Origin: Octopus bimaculoides
Taxonomy: Eukaryota
Reading direction: 5' to 3'
Length of the DNA stretch: 33,065 nt
Assembly (NCBI RefSeq): GCF_001194135.2
Contig: NC_068996.1
Location: 24,374,930 to 24,407,994 of the forward strand
Shown one piece after another: positions 1 through 11,462 of this stretch. The translations under genes were made by a program, and so were the position numbers. The notes under the pieces were generated by a model that worked only from the letters and a program-made list of their open reading frames with translations, had not been told where the DNA came from and made no database searches. Every line of letters begins with the position of its first letter. The stretch's first letter is position 1.

Positions 1-92
1 ATATATAAATGCATATATATATGCATGTATATACATATAATATATGTATATATATATATGTGTGTATATATATATGTGTGTGCATATATATA

Positions 93-126
<34 letters not shown>

Positions 127-128
127 CA
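1..128. repeat. Compound (TA)n/(TG)n microsatellite
   Basis: Alternating atat/gtgt tracts read directly; these produce the spurious YIYI/CVCV ORF at 9..215. Confidence 0.95.
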
Positions 129-819
129 TGTAATAAGGCTCAAAGTTATGTGAATAAGAAGCAAGTAAGTAGCAAGCATGTCAAGGTATTAATGCAAAAC
201 GGTGGCTCCATTTAATCAAACAATGCAAGCATTACATCAATTTGAAATACAATGCCATCTTCAGTTGCAATATACAAATTTTCAACAGTCAGGGTATTCT
301 ATTATAATTTTTAGCAAATATTTCACCAGAGCTACAGAAGGAAGGAATTCCATGCCACTACTAATGTGGCAGAATAAGCTTAAAAAGAAACAACTACAAT
401 TTTGGAATGGCAGAAGTGGAGACACTGAGGGAGTCTTGAGATTGGTAATTTAGCTACAATTTTTATCTATCCTGTTATCATCATCAAAAGATCTAATGCT
501 GCTAGTATTAAGACACCAGGATTTGACTTAAATTCTAGTTGCTGGTCATAAATTGATATTGTTTATTTATTCTCTCAAATCCTAATTCCCTATGGCTATA
601 TTCACTTGACCACATGAATAAAACAAATCTCAGAGGAAGTAATTTAGATAGTGGTAAATGCCCAGAAAAATAGGTAGGGTGGGGGTGACATAAATTTTTT
701 ATTCCATTTGATGTTGGGGAAGTTGTTCCAGTGGTCACAGAGTCTCCAGATGAAATGGGACAGTGGAGTTTTTCCTACCCCTGCTCCTGATGGAGTTCAT
801 ACGCTGTGTATACCTTCCC

Positions 820-930
820 TTACATACATACATACAAACATGCATGTATGCATACATACTTGCATACATGTATGTATGTATGTATGTATGTATGTATGTA
901 TGTATGTACATATGTATGTACATATGTATA
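820..930. repeat. (TATG)n/(CATA)n tetranucleotide microsatellite
   Basis: tacatacatacata... followed by a long tgtatgtatgta run. Confidence 0.95.
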
Positions 931-1574
931 CATTACACAACCTTTTATCACTCACCTCCTTTACTTATCTCTATCATTCATACTGCCTGCATAAAGAGTG
1001 ATAGTATTGGACTTGACTATTACAAACACCCATACTACATTCCTTATTCATCAAGATGCCAATGTATAAGAGGTTGTGTCAGATTCGTTTGTGCCCAGTA
1101 TCCACACTTTCTGTCTCTACACACCATTATATTTACTTTCTGTATCTACACACTACTACTGTAAATTCTCACTCTCTTTAGAAGTGAAGTAATAATTCAT
1201 TTTTATTATATGTACAAAGTCAGCAATTTTGTGGAGAGCTAGATGGTCAATTACATCAACCCCAGGGCTCAACTGGTGCTTATTTTAGTTAACATGCTGT
1301 TTACCATTGTAAAAAACATAAAGATAAATTGTCCTGAAAAATGAAAGCAAATTGCGATAGAAACTGGAAGTGATGACACAATATACTAAGGTAACAAAGT
1401 GGGACTAACAATGATTTATTTACAACATATCTTAATGAGCATGTGCAGCAAAACAAATTTAGAGATTGTGAAAAACTATTCACAATTCTCATTTCATGCA
1501 TCAATGAATGTCATGTTTCCCTATAAATATGATTATTTTAATCTTATATAAAATATATGTCCTTGGATTTGGCA

Positions 1575-3310
1575 CTCCAGAGCGACTTCAAATGCGTCTT
1601 CATCATTGCCGACTTGCCCTGCCTTATTCTTGAGGCAGATTTCCTCCACCACTTCTCACTCCTCACGGATGTTCATATGCAGCTGTCAAACATTTCAGTC
1701 ATTTTCTCAAGGGAAGAGATTTCACTATATTTACAGATCATAAACCTCTTACTTTCACCTTACATTCAACATCGGAGAAATACTCACCTAGGGAGACATG
1801 GCATCTTCATTTTTATCTCACAAATTTCTTGCAAAATCTAGCATATCTCCGGCTCCTGTAATGTAGTTGCTGATGGTTTATCACATCTTCCAGTCTTTTC
1901 ATTGTCGTCTACTTCAACTGACTTGATCACATTAGCTAACAACCAACCTCCTTTGGCTTCATTGAACACTTCATCTGCTGAATTTGCAAATTGCAAATTC
2001 AAGCACCTGCCTTTGTCAACTACTGACCGAAATATTTTATGTGATGTTTCTACATGTTCGCCTCATCCTTTCATTCCTGAATTTTATTGGATTGTTTTTA
2101 GTGCTTCGCACACCTTGTCAAATCCTGGCATAGTGGCTTCAGTAAGGCTTATTATGGCTCATTGTTTCCAGCTCATCCTTATTATGGACACTTGTTTCCA
2201 GCTCATCCATATTGATTTGGTTGGTCCTTGGCCAGTTAGCTGAGAATTCACTTATATATTTACATGTATCAACCACTTTTCACATTGACCTGAAGCCATC
2301 CCTCTGTTCGATATCAGCTCAGAATCAGTGACACATTCCCTCATATCAAGCTGGATACTGACCATGGGAAGCAATTTGAATCCCAACTTTTCCATCAACT
2401 TTCTAAGCATCTAAGGAGTTCACCATATCTGGATGACTAGTTATCATTCAGGCTTGGATAGCATGGTGGAATGGTTCCACTGTCAATTAAAGGCATCATT
2501 ACATGCCTATCCAGATCCTCATCGATGGAGTGAATACCTGCCTGTTGTTCTTTTGGATTGTCACTCATCAGTGAAAGAAGATTTTGGACACTCCTGCTGA
2601 ACTTCTCTACAGTTCACCATTATCTCTATCAGGCCAAATGTTGGCACCTGAGGACTTATGTACATAGACTGCATACTTACTTCATGGATCTTCCACCAAT
2701 GTCTTTTCAACATGAGACTGTTCTTGCTGCTGTTCCAGCAGACATTGCTACTTGGACTCTTTAGGGATGACTCTGTGAGAGGTCCTCTCACACGACCATG
2801 TAAAGGACCTTACCGTGTCCTTTCCAACACTGACAAACTTTTCACCATAGACATTAATGGGAGAAAAGAAACTGTCTCAATTGACAGGGTAAAACAGGCT
2901 TTTACAGACACTCTGACACCAGAGCCACATACCCACCTCACAAACACTGTTCACCAACATATGCTACACCTTCATATTCACTATCTTCACAATTGCACAC
3001 ATCGTCCCTGCCTCCATCTACATACTACAACTCGCACTGGTCATGTACACAGGTCCACCAAGCTGTGCAAAACTATCTATATCTGAACTAGCTGATATTG
3101 TGCAAACTGTGAACTTGTTTTACCACATGGAATTACCTTTTGTGCATGTTTTCATTTTTGCTTTGCTGTGTTAATTTTTGCTGTATTACTTTGCTTGTTG
3201 TTCAGCATTTTGCATATTTTCTTTCATATATTTTTTCTGTTCCAATTTCTTTCCGGTCCTCCATCACGGAGTGTTGACTTTTTCGACTGGTCGTCGAAAG
3301 GGGGAGTATC
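1575..3310 (+). mobile_element. Decayed Ty3/Gypsy LTR retrotransposon pol (protease end, RNase H, integrase); RT deleted
   Basis: Manual translation across stops and frameshifts gives the protease C-terminus FKCVFIIADLPCLILEADFLHHF, RNase H AVKHFSHFLKGRDFTIFTDHKPL...HISGSCNVVADGLS, integrase ILCDVST..PHPFIP and HIDLVGPWP...PEAIPL, and C-terminal GPYRV...TVSIDRVKQAF. The protease joins directly to RNase H near 1675. Confidence 0.93.
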
Positions 3311-3561
3311 TGTAGCGAACCCTACCAGAGAGAAAGGGAAACAAACAAGAGTTGCGTTTCCTACTTCACTACAGGATATTCTGGAATAGGGTGCAACTTC
3401 TGGTAGGAATGCTGATAGGTGGCATTACCACTGGTTGATATAAAAAGCAAAGTACTGCAAAAATTCTCCCTCTTCCTCTTCTTGCTTTGCCTTGCTTCTT
3501 CCGCTTGTTGCTTGCCATGCATAACACCACAACATAGAACATGCCATTCACAAAACCCACA
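3297..3561 (+). mobile_element. Polypurine tract and probable 3' LTR of the first Gypsy element
   Basis: aaagggggag (3297-3306) follows the integrase, then TGTAG at 3311, TATAAAAA at 3439-3446 and ...aaaacccaCA at 3561. No second LTR is in the window, so the right boundary is inferred. Confidence 0.6.
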
Positions 3562-3580
3562 TGCTGGCTGACTATTAAAT

Positions 3581-4282
3581 CAGGCGTGGCTGTGTGGTAA
3601 GAAACTTGTATCCCAACCACATTGTTCCAGTTTCAGTCCCACTGCATAGCACCTTGGGCAAGTGTCTTCTACTATAGCCTTGTGCTGACCACAGCCTTGT
3701 GAGTGGATTTGGTACACAGAAACTGAAAGAAGCCCATCATATATATATATATATATATATGTATGTATATATATATACTAGCAGCTAAGCCCAGTTTCAC
3801 CCGGTCTGTTTGGATGATGTGTCTGTGATCGTTTTCGGTTAGGCATAATCTATAACAATGTTTCTCAGCCTTATCATTTCGGGTCCCCTGTTTCGATTGG
3901 AGCCTCCAGCTGTATAAAAATTTCCTGACCACCCGACCCTTGTCAGAAAACAGCTTCAGGAGTTGTGAAGAACAAATTTGTATGTAGTCTCTTTCTGAGA
4001 GCTATGCTATTGGACCTCTGTCTAATCATTAAAACATTGGGCGATCTTTTGATATGGGAACACACGACTGTCACTTATAAACCACGTGTTTATTTACATT
4101 TTTGAAGATGATCGTTGGTTTCCGTAAAAAAAATTATCATTTTTTTTTTAATATGGGGTTGGGGGGAAAGGGGATCTTTTGTAGTCGGTGTGAAAGCGAA
4201 AGAGACAGAGAGAGCATGATTGTATGAGTGAAGTTCTTTTGAAGTTGGCATGAAGCAGAAGAATTGATGTACATGCGTGCAT

Positions 4283-4315
<33 letters not shown>

Positions 4316-5105
4316 TGTATGTGTGTGTGTGTTTGATGGGGTGTGTGAGACAGAATGTGTGGTGTGTATGTGAATTGCTTTTGTTAGTGTGTGTGAAGAG
4401 ACAGAGAGAGTAATGTTGCTGGTGTGTGTGTATGTGAGAGAGATAACGGAAATTTTTTATTCACTTTTTGTAGAGAGTGAATGTGTGAGTGATTGACAGA
4501 GAGAGAGAGAGGGAGGTTATGTGTGTATGTATGAATGGCTTCAGTGACACACACACATACGCACACAGGTTGTTATGTATGTATGTATGTATGTATGTAT
4601 GTATGTATGTATACATAGATGTATGTATCTATGTATGGCCAAGAGAGAGTTAACTGAAATTTTTTTATTCACTTTTTGTAGTGAGTGAATGTGTGATTTT
4701 CTCGATAAGTATGGGGGCTAAGAAAAAATACAAACCGCATTCCAATCTATGCACCTGTCTTCACATGTGTACCATTTTTCACGTGAATCCACTCAGCCGT
4801 TTGGCTGTGAACCTCAAGACAAGAAAGAATGCAATGATCGCCCATGTCCAATTTATATTATAGATATACACATACAGACACATATATTTATTTATGTCTG
4901 TGTCTTTGTTTCCCCCCTCCCCTATCATCGCTTGACAACTGATGTTGGCATATTTATGTCCCCGTAACTTAGTGGTTCAGCAAAAGAGACCAATAGAATA
5001 AGTACTAGGCTTACAAAGAATAAGTCCCAGGGTCAATTTCTTCGACTAAAACCTTTTACAGCATGGTTACAGTCAAATGACTGAAACATGACAAATAAAA
5101 GAATA
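3581..5105 (+). mobile_element. tRNA-derived SINE, family A (head/core + internal microsatellite + 3' half), split by a Helitron
   Basis: The head ggcgtggctgtgtggtaag...gtttcagtccc and core ccttgggcaagtgtcttctactatagcc (3581-3735) plus the 3' half (about 4890-5105) are collinear with the uninterrupted copy at 22943-23370. Confidence 0.88.
3778..4864 (-). mobile_element. Non-autonomous Helitron with internal (TG)n, (AG)n and (TATG)n tracts
   Basis: On the minus strand it begins A|TCTATAATAT (4865|4864) and ends CTAG|T (3778|3777). An imperfect GC-rich hairpin gaccgg-gtgaaa-ctgggc (3789-3806) lies just upstream of CTAG. There is no TSD. These are canonical Helitron termini. Confidence 0.8.
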
Positions 5106-5389
5106 TGTACATTCAAACTGTGGCCAGCAGAACTTTCTGAATGGCATGCTTGAGAAAAAAATTTGAATTTTTTTAATAGTGCTACCTACCTGATAATGAA
5201 TCATGTTTCATGCGGTCTGCATCTCAAAAATGATTGTCCATACATTGATCATGTCACACAGATTGTTTACATGGGATGTCAGTCGTCACTTTCTATCACA
5301 ATTTAGTTCTCACTTAGTTTCTATCGCAATTTAGCTTCATTCACTTGGACAATTTACATCCTTTTTACAATGGTAAATTACATGTAAAC

Positions 5390-5497
5390 CTTTATTTTAT
5401 CCATTCTGAAAGCAAAGTCTACCTCAGAAACATAAAACCAGAAGAAATTATGCCAAGTATTTTGTCTGGCATAGTAATGATTCTACTAGCTAACGAG
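5390..5497 (-). mobile_element. Degenerate partial SINE, family B
   Basis: ttattttatccattctgaaagcaaagtctacctcag...tttgtctggcatagtaatgattctactagc resembles the two neighbouring copies. Confidence 0.55.
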
Positions 5498-5499
5498 CT

Positions 5500-5729
5500 T
5501 TATGGTTTCAAATTTTGACAAAAGGCTAACAATTTTAGGGGGAGTGTATTAGTCGATTACATCGACACCAGTACTCAGCTGGTACTTATTTAATAGACCC
5601 TACCCCCACCCCTGAAAGGATGAAAGGCAGAGTTGACCTCGATGGAATTTGAACTCAGAACGTAGAGACGGACGAAAAACCGCTCAGCGTTTTGTCTAGG
5701 GTGCTAACAATTCTGCCAATTTGCCGCCT
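5500..5729 (-). mobile_element. tRNA-derived SINE, family B
   Basis: The minus strand has a pol III A-box-like head (ggcggcaaattggcagaa), a B box (gagttcaaattcc) and the central gcctttcatcctt...gggtc...aagtaccag block. Several copies occur in the window. Confidence 0.88.
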
Positions 5730-5748
5730 TTAAAAGTGGAGTAATAAT

Positions 5749-5954
5749 GGTTTCAAATTTTGGCACAAGGCCTGCACTTTTGGGGGAAGGAGTAAATCGA
5801 TTACATTGACCCCAGTGCTCAACTGGTACTTATTTTATCGATCCCAAAAGGCAATGTCGACCTCGGCAGAATTTGAGGCTCAGAACATAAAAGACAAACG
5901 AAATGCCGCTAAACATCCTGTCAGTGTGCTAACGATTCTGTCAGTTCGTTGCCT
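5749..5954 (-). mobile_element. tRNA-derived SINE, family B (tandem copy with 19-nt TSD)
   Basis: Collinear with 5500-5729; flanked by ttaaaagtggagtaataat (5730-5748) and ttaaaagtgaattcataat (5955-5973). Confidence 0.88.
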
Positions 5955-6019
5955 TTAAAAGTGAATTCATAATGACAACTATTTACAACAAAAACATTTA
6001 CAAGAACGACAGTCACAGT

Positions 6020-6345
6020 AAGAACAACATTAACTGCAACATCAACAACAGTGACACCACTACAGCTAGAGCATTAACAACAACAACAACAACAACGTAA
6101 ACATTAACAATAACTAAGAACAACAGCAGCCGCAACAAGAGTAACAGCTACCACAATGGTAACGGCAGCAAAAACGGTAAAAACAACAGCAACAACAATA
6201 ATGACAACAGCAGGGACGAAAATAGTAACAATAACAGCAGCCGCAACAACAACAACAACAACAACAGTAGCAGTAACAATAACAACAATAGTAGAAACAA
6301 TAGCAGTAGCAGAAACAGTAACGAAACCAACAGCGGTAGCCACAA
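6020..6345. repeat. Degenerate (AAC/AGC/AAT) trinucleotide low-complexity tract
   Basis: Mixed aac/agc/agt triplets; source of the poly-T/V/L/C pseudo-ORFs at 6104-6464. Confidence 0.9.
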
Positions 6346-6728
6346 TTGTTGTTGTTGTTGTTGGCACTCCGTCGCTTACGACGTCGAAGGTTCCAGTTGA
6401 TCCGATCAACGGAACAGCCTGCTCGTGAAATTAACGTGCAAGTGGCTGAGCACTCCACAGACACGTGTACCCTTAACGTAGTTATCGGGGATATTCAGCG
6501 TGACACAAGGTGTGACAAGGCTGACCCTTTGAATTACAGGCACAACAGAAACAGGAAGTAAGAGTGAGAGAAAGTTGCGGTAGAAGAGTACAGCAGGGTT
6601 CGCCACCATCCCTTGCCGGAGCCTCGTGGAACTTTAGGTGTTTTCGCTCAATAAACACTCACAACGCCCGGTCTGGGAATCGAAACCGCGAATCCGCTGC
6701 CCTAACCACTGGGCCATTGCGCCTCCAC
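6346..6728 (-). mobile_element. tRNA-derived SINE, family C, near full length with (CAA)n tail
   Basis: The minus strand starts gtggaggcgcaatggcccagtggttagggcagcgg...ggtttcgattccc (A and B boxes) and ends ...ggagtgccaacaacaacaac. High CpG retention suggests a young copy. Confidence 0.88.
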
Positions 6729-6789
6729 TGACACAATTGTAAGGATAAAGGATAAAGCATTTTCTCTCGTTAATTGAGACAGTTCTCAG

Positions 6790-7012
6790 TAACACCGTCA
6801 CATAAAGCTCCGTCCCTAGTCATACAGATTCACAGGGCCAGTTTCCCGGGTTTCTGTGGTGTATTGTTAAATTTTGACAGGTGAGTGGACTGAAGTAACG
6901 TGAAACGAAGTGTTTAGCTCAAGAACACAATGCATTACCTAGTGCAGGAATCGAAACTACAATGTTACAATCATGAGTCCACTACCCTAACTACTAAGTC
7001 ACGCGCCTCCAC
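6790..7012 (-). mobile_element. tRNA-derived SINE related to family C, older
   Basis: Head gtggaggcgcgtgacttagtagttaggg...gtttcgattcc followed by gtgttcttgagctaaacac; the body diverges from the 6346-6728 copy. Confidence 0.7.
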
Positions 7013-7094
7013 AGCGATAACGATAGTAAAAGCAACAGCAACCACAATAACGTTTGCTGTTTTATATTCAAGTCGTGTTTAATCAGCACATTAT

Positions 7095-7415
7095 ATATGT
7101 CAGAGGTTATCTTTCATTATTCTGGGGGTCGATAAAGAAAGTATCAGTCCATACACAGCAACGTTTCGAAAGGAGCCAGTGAGGCGACTAATTTACCGTG
7201 GACAATAAATTTCTTTCCGGCAGAGACACAAGTTCTGAGATACAGGGTGAAGGAGTTAGTCGATACTACCGACCCTAGAACTGGACTGGTATATTATTTT
7301 ATCGTCACTAAAATGATAAAAGACAATGTTGGCTTGGGCGGAATTTGAACTCAGAACACAACTTAATTAAAAACCGTAAGGCATTTTATCAAACGATCTC
7401 ACGATTCAGCCAAAT
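7095..7415. mobile_element. Two degenerate family-B SINE fragments in opposite orientation
   Basis: A plus-strand core ctttcattattctgggggtcgataaagaaagtatcag (about 7110-7150) and a minus-strand copy with ggcggaatttgaactcagaac (about 7230-7410). Confidence 0.6.
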
Positions 7416-7539
7416 TGAGAAGGTTTTCGACTTTTAAAAAAAATTTATGCAGCACATAGCCATGCACGATGACTCATGTGAATGATAAATTATATTTTGT
7501 TTACTCGGAAACATCAATAAAGAGAAAGAAGACGACAAG

Positions 7540-8105
7540 CTGATAGAACCGTTAGAGTGACAGTATTTCTTCTGGCTCTTAATGTTCAAAGTTCAAATCC
7601 TGCCAAGGCCAACTTTGCCATTCTTTCTCCGAAGTCGATAATATAAAGTATCAATAACATACTTAAGTCGACGATATCGACTAACCCAGCCCCTCAGTAT
7701 TGCTGGTCATGTGCCTAAGGGAGGACAAAGAAGAAAATCCCTCGCAAATTTTGTTAGGGAGTGGATGGAGTATGTTGACAAAGTGGTGTGTCAGTTTGAG
7801 AACAGCTAATGTACTGCCATCGATTCTCTCTCTCTCTCTGAAAAATTAGCGCTGTCCAAGCTAGAAGGGGATGAACTCCGCTCCAAAACCACCTCTCTCT
7901 CGTTTAATAATGGTTAAGACATGCCGTATGTCACGATAGTGCGTTCACCCCACCCCTAAAACTCGACTAGCAGATTGGCGGAATCGTTAGAACGTCAGAT
8001 GTATTTTGCAAATTTTACTTACGACTATTTACGTCCAGAGTTCAAATACAGCTGCACTAGACTTTGTCTTGCAATTTTTCCTTGGTTGATAAAATGAATA
8101 GTGAA
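7540..8105 (+). mobile_element. Two degenerate family-B SINE copies (about 7540-7720 and 7965-8105)
   Basis: B-box-like aagttcaaatcctgcc and gagttcaaatacagc, each followed by gactttg(c/t)c and gataa core remnants. Confidence 0.6.
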
Positions 8106-8389
8106 TGATGAGTCTAAATAATGGAATGGGTCTAAAATCTTATAAAGCATCCTAGATGTAAATGCAATCAAAACACACACAAAAAAAAACTGAGAAATGT
8201 ATCATTAAAGAATGTATACGAATGGTCGGCAAACTTCTTATATAACATCGACCCTTACATGGAATCATTGATAACTTACACCCATACAGTGTAAATTTCT
8301 AAAATAAAAATAAGAAACAGTTTATTGGAAAAAAATTTGATCCAAAAGCAATAATTCCTTCATTCTTTTGTGTGATTACCTTGCCACTT

Positions 8390-8770
8390 TAGTCCAACCA
8401 GCTCTTTGATATTGTCCATCCATTGCTTTCTGTGCATGCTTCTTGATTTACTACTCTCCCTTCCATGATTAATGTCTTCGAAACCTCTGCTCTTTTGAAT
8501 ATGGCCGTAATAGATGAGATTTTTGTTTGTCGTCTTTCACCTAATTTATCCGATGATTCTTGTAAGAGACTCGTAACATTCTCCTATACATCCACATTTC
8601 AAACTCATTGATTATGTTCTCTTCAGATTTGTTCAGAGTTCATGCTTCACAATCATAAATGCTCGCACTAGCCTTGTTTTTAACGTAGGCACTTTATTTG
8701 GTTCAGATGTTAAGCTTTTCCGCGGACGTTCTTACCATGGCTAACCGTGTTCAAATTTCTTACGTGTAGC
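8390..8770 (-). mobile_element. Decayed RTE/BovB-like LINE ORF2 C-terminal fragment
   Basis: Minus-strand translation gives AMVRTS...LKTRLVRAF..DCEA*TLNKSEENIINEFEMWMYRRMLRVSY...MEGRV...QWMDNIKELVG, matching the post-RT RTE motifs (YGCE.WTL, FEMW.YRRMLR.SW, WMDNIKEW). Confidence 0.8.
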
Positions 8771-9419
8771 TTTTTCACAGTGTCATTATCACTTTTAAGA
8801 AAGATTTAAAGAAATTAAAATTCAGTTCACTTATATTGATATAAGGCAGAAATATGTGTTTTGGTGAATATCAATGGTTATTATATAAATATTTGGCTGG
8901 AAATTAGTGAGGCAGCTGCATTCTTCTAGATTCAGTTCGCCAATAATTCAGTACCTTTAATTCTCAAATTCGTTTCACGTGTTTATCGATAGTCACATAG
9001 ACCCACTATCACCATTAAGGTTAATACTGACCCCTGATGTAACTACCATAAAGTATGCCCGATGCACCACTGACTGCACGAGGTCACACACGCGAGGAAG
9101 GCAATAATAGATTAAAATCGATCGCGTCCTTGACAATTTTATTTCATCAACAACCCTGGAAGAATAAATGGCAAAGTCAAAGCATCAGCTGGATTCGAAC
9201 TCACACTGCTACATTGCAAAAAGGACGTAACTGTTTATATATATGAGACTGTATCTTATAAATCGATTTCCAGGTTATTACTAGTACCCTTATGTTTATC
9301 GACTCCGGAAGAAGGAAATGCAAAATTCGTCCCTAGCGGGATTTGAAATCAGAATATAAAGCTACGTGGGTAGAACAGCGCACTGTAGCGAGGCCTAATA
9401 AAAGCTACCCTATTTATTT

Positions 9420-9512
9420 TGCCACATTAACACTGGTTACAAATTACGTAGGTGTGGTACAGGAATGGCTGTCAGATAGGCAAGCAGGCAGAGAGAAAGG
9501 GTTTGGGTGGGT

Positions 9513-9549
<37 letters not shown>

Positions 9550-11429
9550 TCTGTTTGGATATAGGTAAGAACAGGTAGGTTGGGATAGGGAAGTGTAGGT
9601 AAATAGAGTATAGGACGGCAGGTAGATGATAAGTAAAAGAAAAGTAGGCAGATATGTATATATAGGTAGGTAGGTAGGCAGGCAGGTAGCAGAGAAGATA
9701 GAGAGAAGATAAAATATGTGAAGAAAAACAAACAAGACACACAAGTAGGTAAAATGAATAAAGATGCACTGAATAAGATTATTATTATTATTATTATTAC
9801 TTTATTGACTTCAATGTTTTGGGCCCTTGTGGTCAATGGAAGAAATCGTCATTATTATTCCTGTCGTTGTCAGTGATAATGGACAAAACGATACTCCAAA
9901 GTCGATTTTCAGCATCCATAAGTGAGATACTATATAGATGCATTCAAAAAGAGAAACATGACAACCTTTGCGAGGGAAGAAGTGAGCAGCTAAAAACAAA
10001 AACAAAATAAAACTTTAAAGGATTCGTCCTTCACAAGAAACCATATTTGCCTTTCTCTTCCCTTTACCCTTTCAAAATCTCTGCTGCCCTCTCCTCCACC
10101 AACGTCCACTTCTTCTCCGTCTTCTTCCTTTATTATTTTTCCTGCCTTTCCTCATCCTCTTTATCAGTATCCTTCCCCTCCTGCTCCTACGTGTTCCTTA
10201 CATCTTTTATTTTCTTTCTTTCTTTTTTCCTCTTTACTGTCTGTGTCTGATACTCTTTCCTTCTCCCGCCCTACCTTTTTCTTTTCTTTCACCTCTGGTC
10301 GGTCGTATGTTTATTCTTTCATTATTGCTGTTGCAGTTACCCGCCCACCGGCCGTACTCCCCCACTTCCCTCTCACTATCAGTATTTCTGCCTGACAGCT
10401 GTTCCCTCCCACCTTTCCTCTTTTCTCCCGCCTCCCCTTCAACCTTTATTATTTTTTTACCTTCGTTTCCTCCCACACTCACTTACTCTCCTCTCCTTCT
10501 GTCTTTCACCCTCTGCTTTCTTATCATTGACTCTCTCTCTATCTTCTTACATCCTTTTTTACTATTCTACCTTCACCCTCCTCCCTCTCTCAGTTAATAC
10601 TTTTATTTCACACACGCTTACGCTTGCTTTTCTCTCTCATTCTCCTTTTCGTTTTATTCACAATCTCTTTTCTCTCTCTTCCTCTTTTACCTCTCTACCT
10701 ATTTATTTCACGTTCTCTCTCATTTCTGCTTCTATCTATGTTGTCTTTCTCTCTAATATAGATACCTCTCTCTCTCTCACAAACTATATCTTTTAAACTT
10801 TTTTCTATCGCCTTCCCACACTCCTTCTCTCTCAGATACACACACACACACACCGTCTACCTCCACACATACACTCTCTCTAGTTAACTTTACCAATTTC
10901 GCACAGTACCATCAAGGTGTTCCTTCTTCGAACTCTACCGTTTCACAACTCCAGCTGTTTTCTCTTCCCGTCTCACATAATTTACTTACTATGCGCAAAT
11001 AAATATCACACACACACACACACAGGCTACGTGTAAAGAAAACCTCTACAACACACTCATATGTATACATACATATATGTATGTATGTATTTCTTTTACC
11101 TGTGTAGAGAACGAGTATTACTTACACAAACGGTAGATCGTTAAAATATCATCACGTGTATGCGTGTATAGATCTAATGGTTTTCATATAGGGTGTTTAG
11201 TCAGCTACATAAAACATACACAGAAATCAGGGCAACAAATTATTAGCGCGCGCACGCACACACACATATGTACCCTCAAAATTCTGGTAAACAAATATAC
11301 ATAGCTTTATATACGCACACAAATATACACACTTTTGCTTGCTTCGTCATTCTACTTGTATCAAATCAAATACATAGACACGCTCACAAACACACGAACA
11401 CGTGTATATGTGTATTAAAATATGAATCC

Positions 11430-11462
<33 letters not shown>

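Noticed and set aside
202-453. ORF 202..453 with a possible exon at 330-444 (cag| ... TTG|GTAATT)
   Set aside because: No recognisable protein motif; splice-like signals of this quality occur by chance in AT-rich DNA.
6104-6464. Mucin-like Thr-rich, poly-Cys and poly-Leu ORFs
   Set aside because: They are translations of a degenerate AAC/AGC microsatellite in several frames on both strands.
6640-7012. tRNA genes
   Set aside because: A/B boxes are present, but they continue into SINE bodies and no complete cloverleaf or acceptor stem forms.
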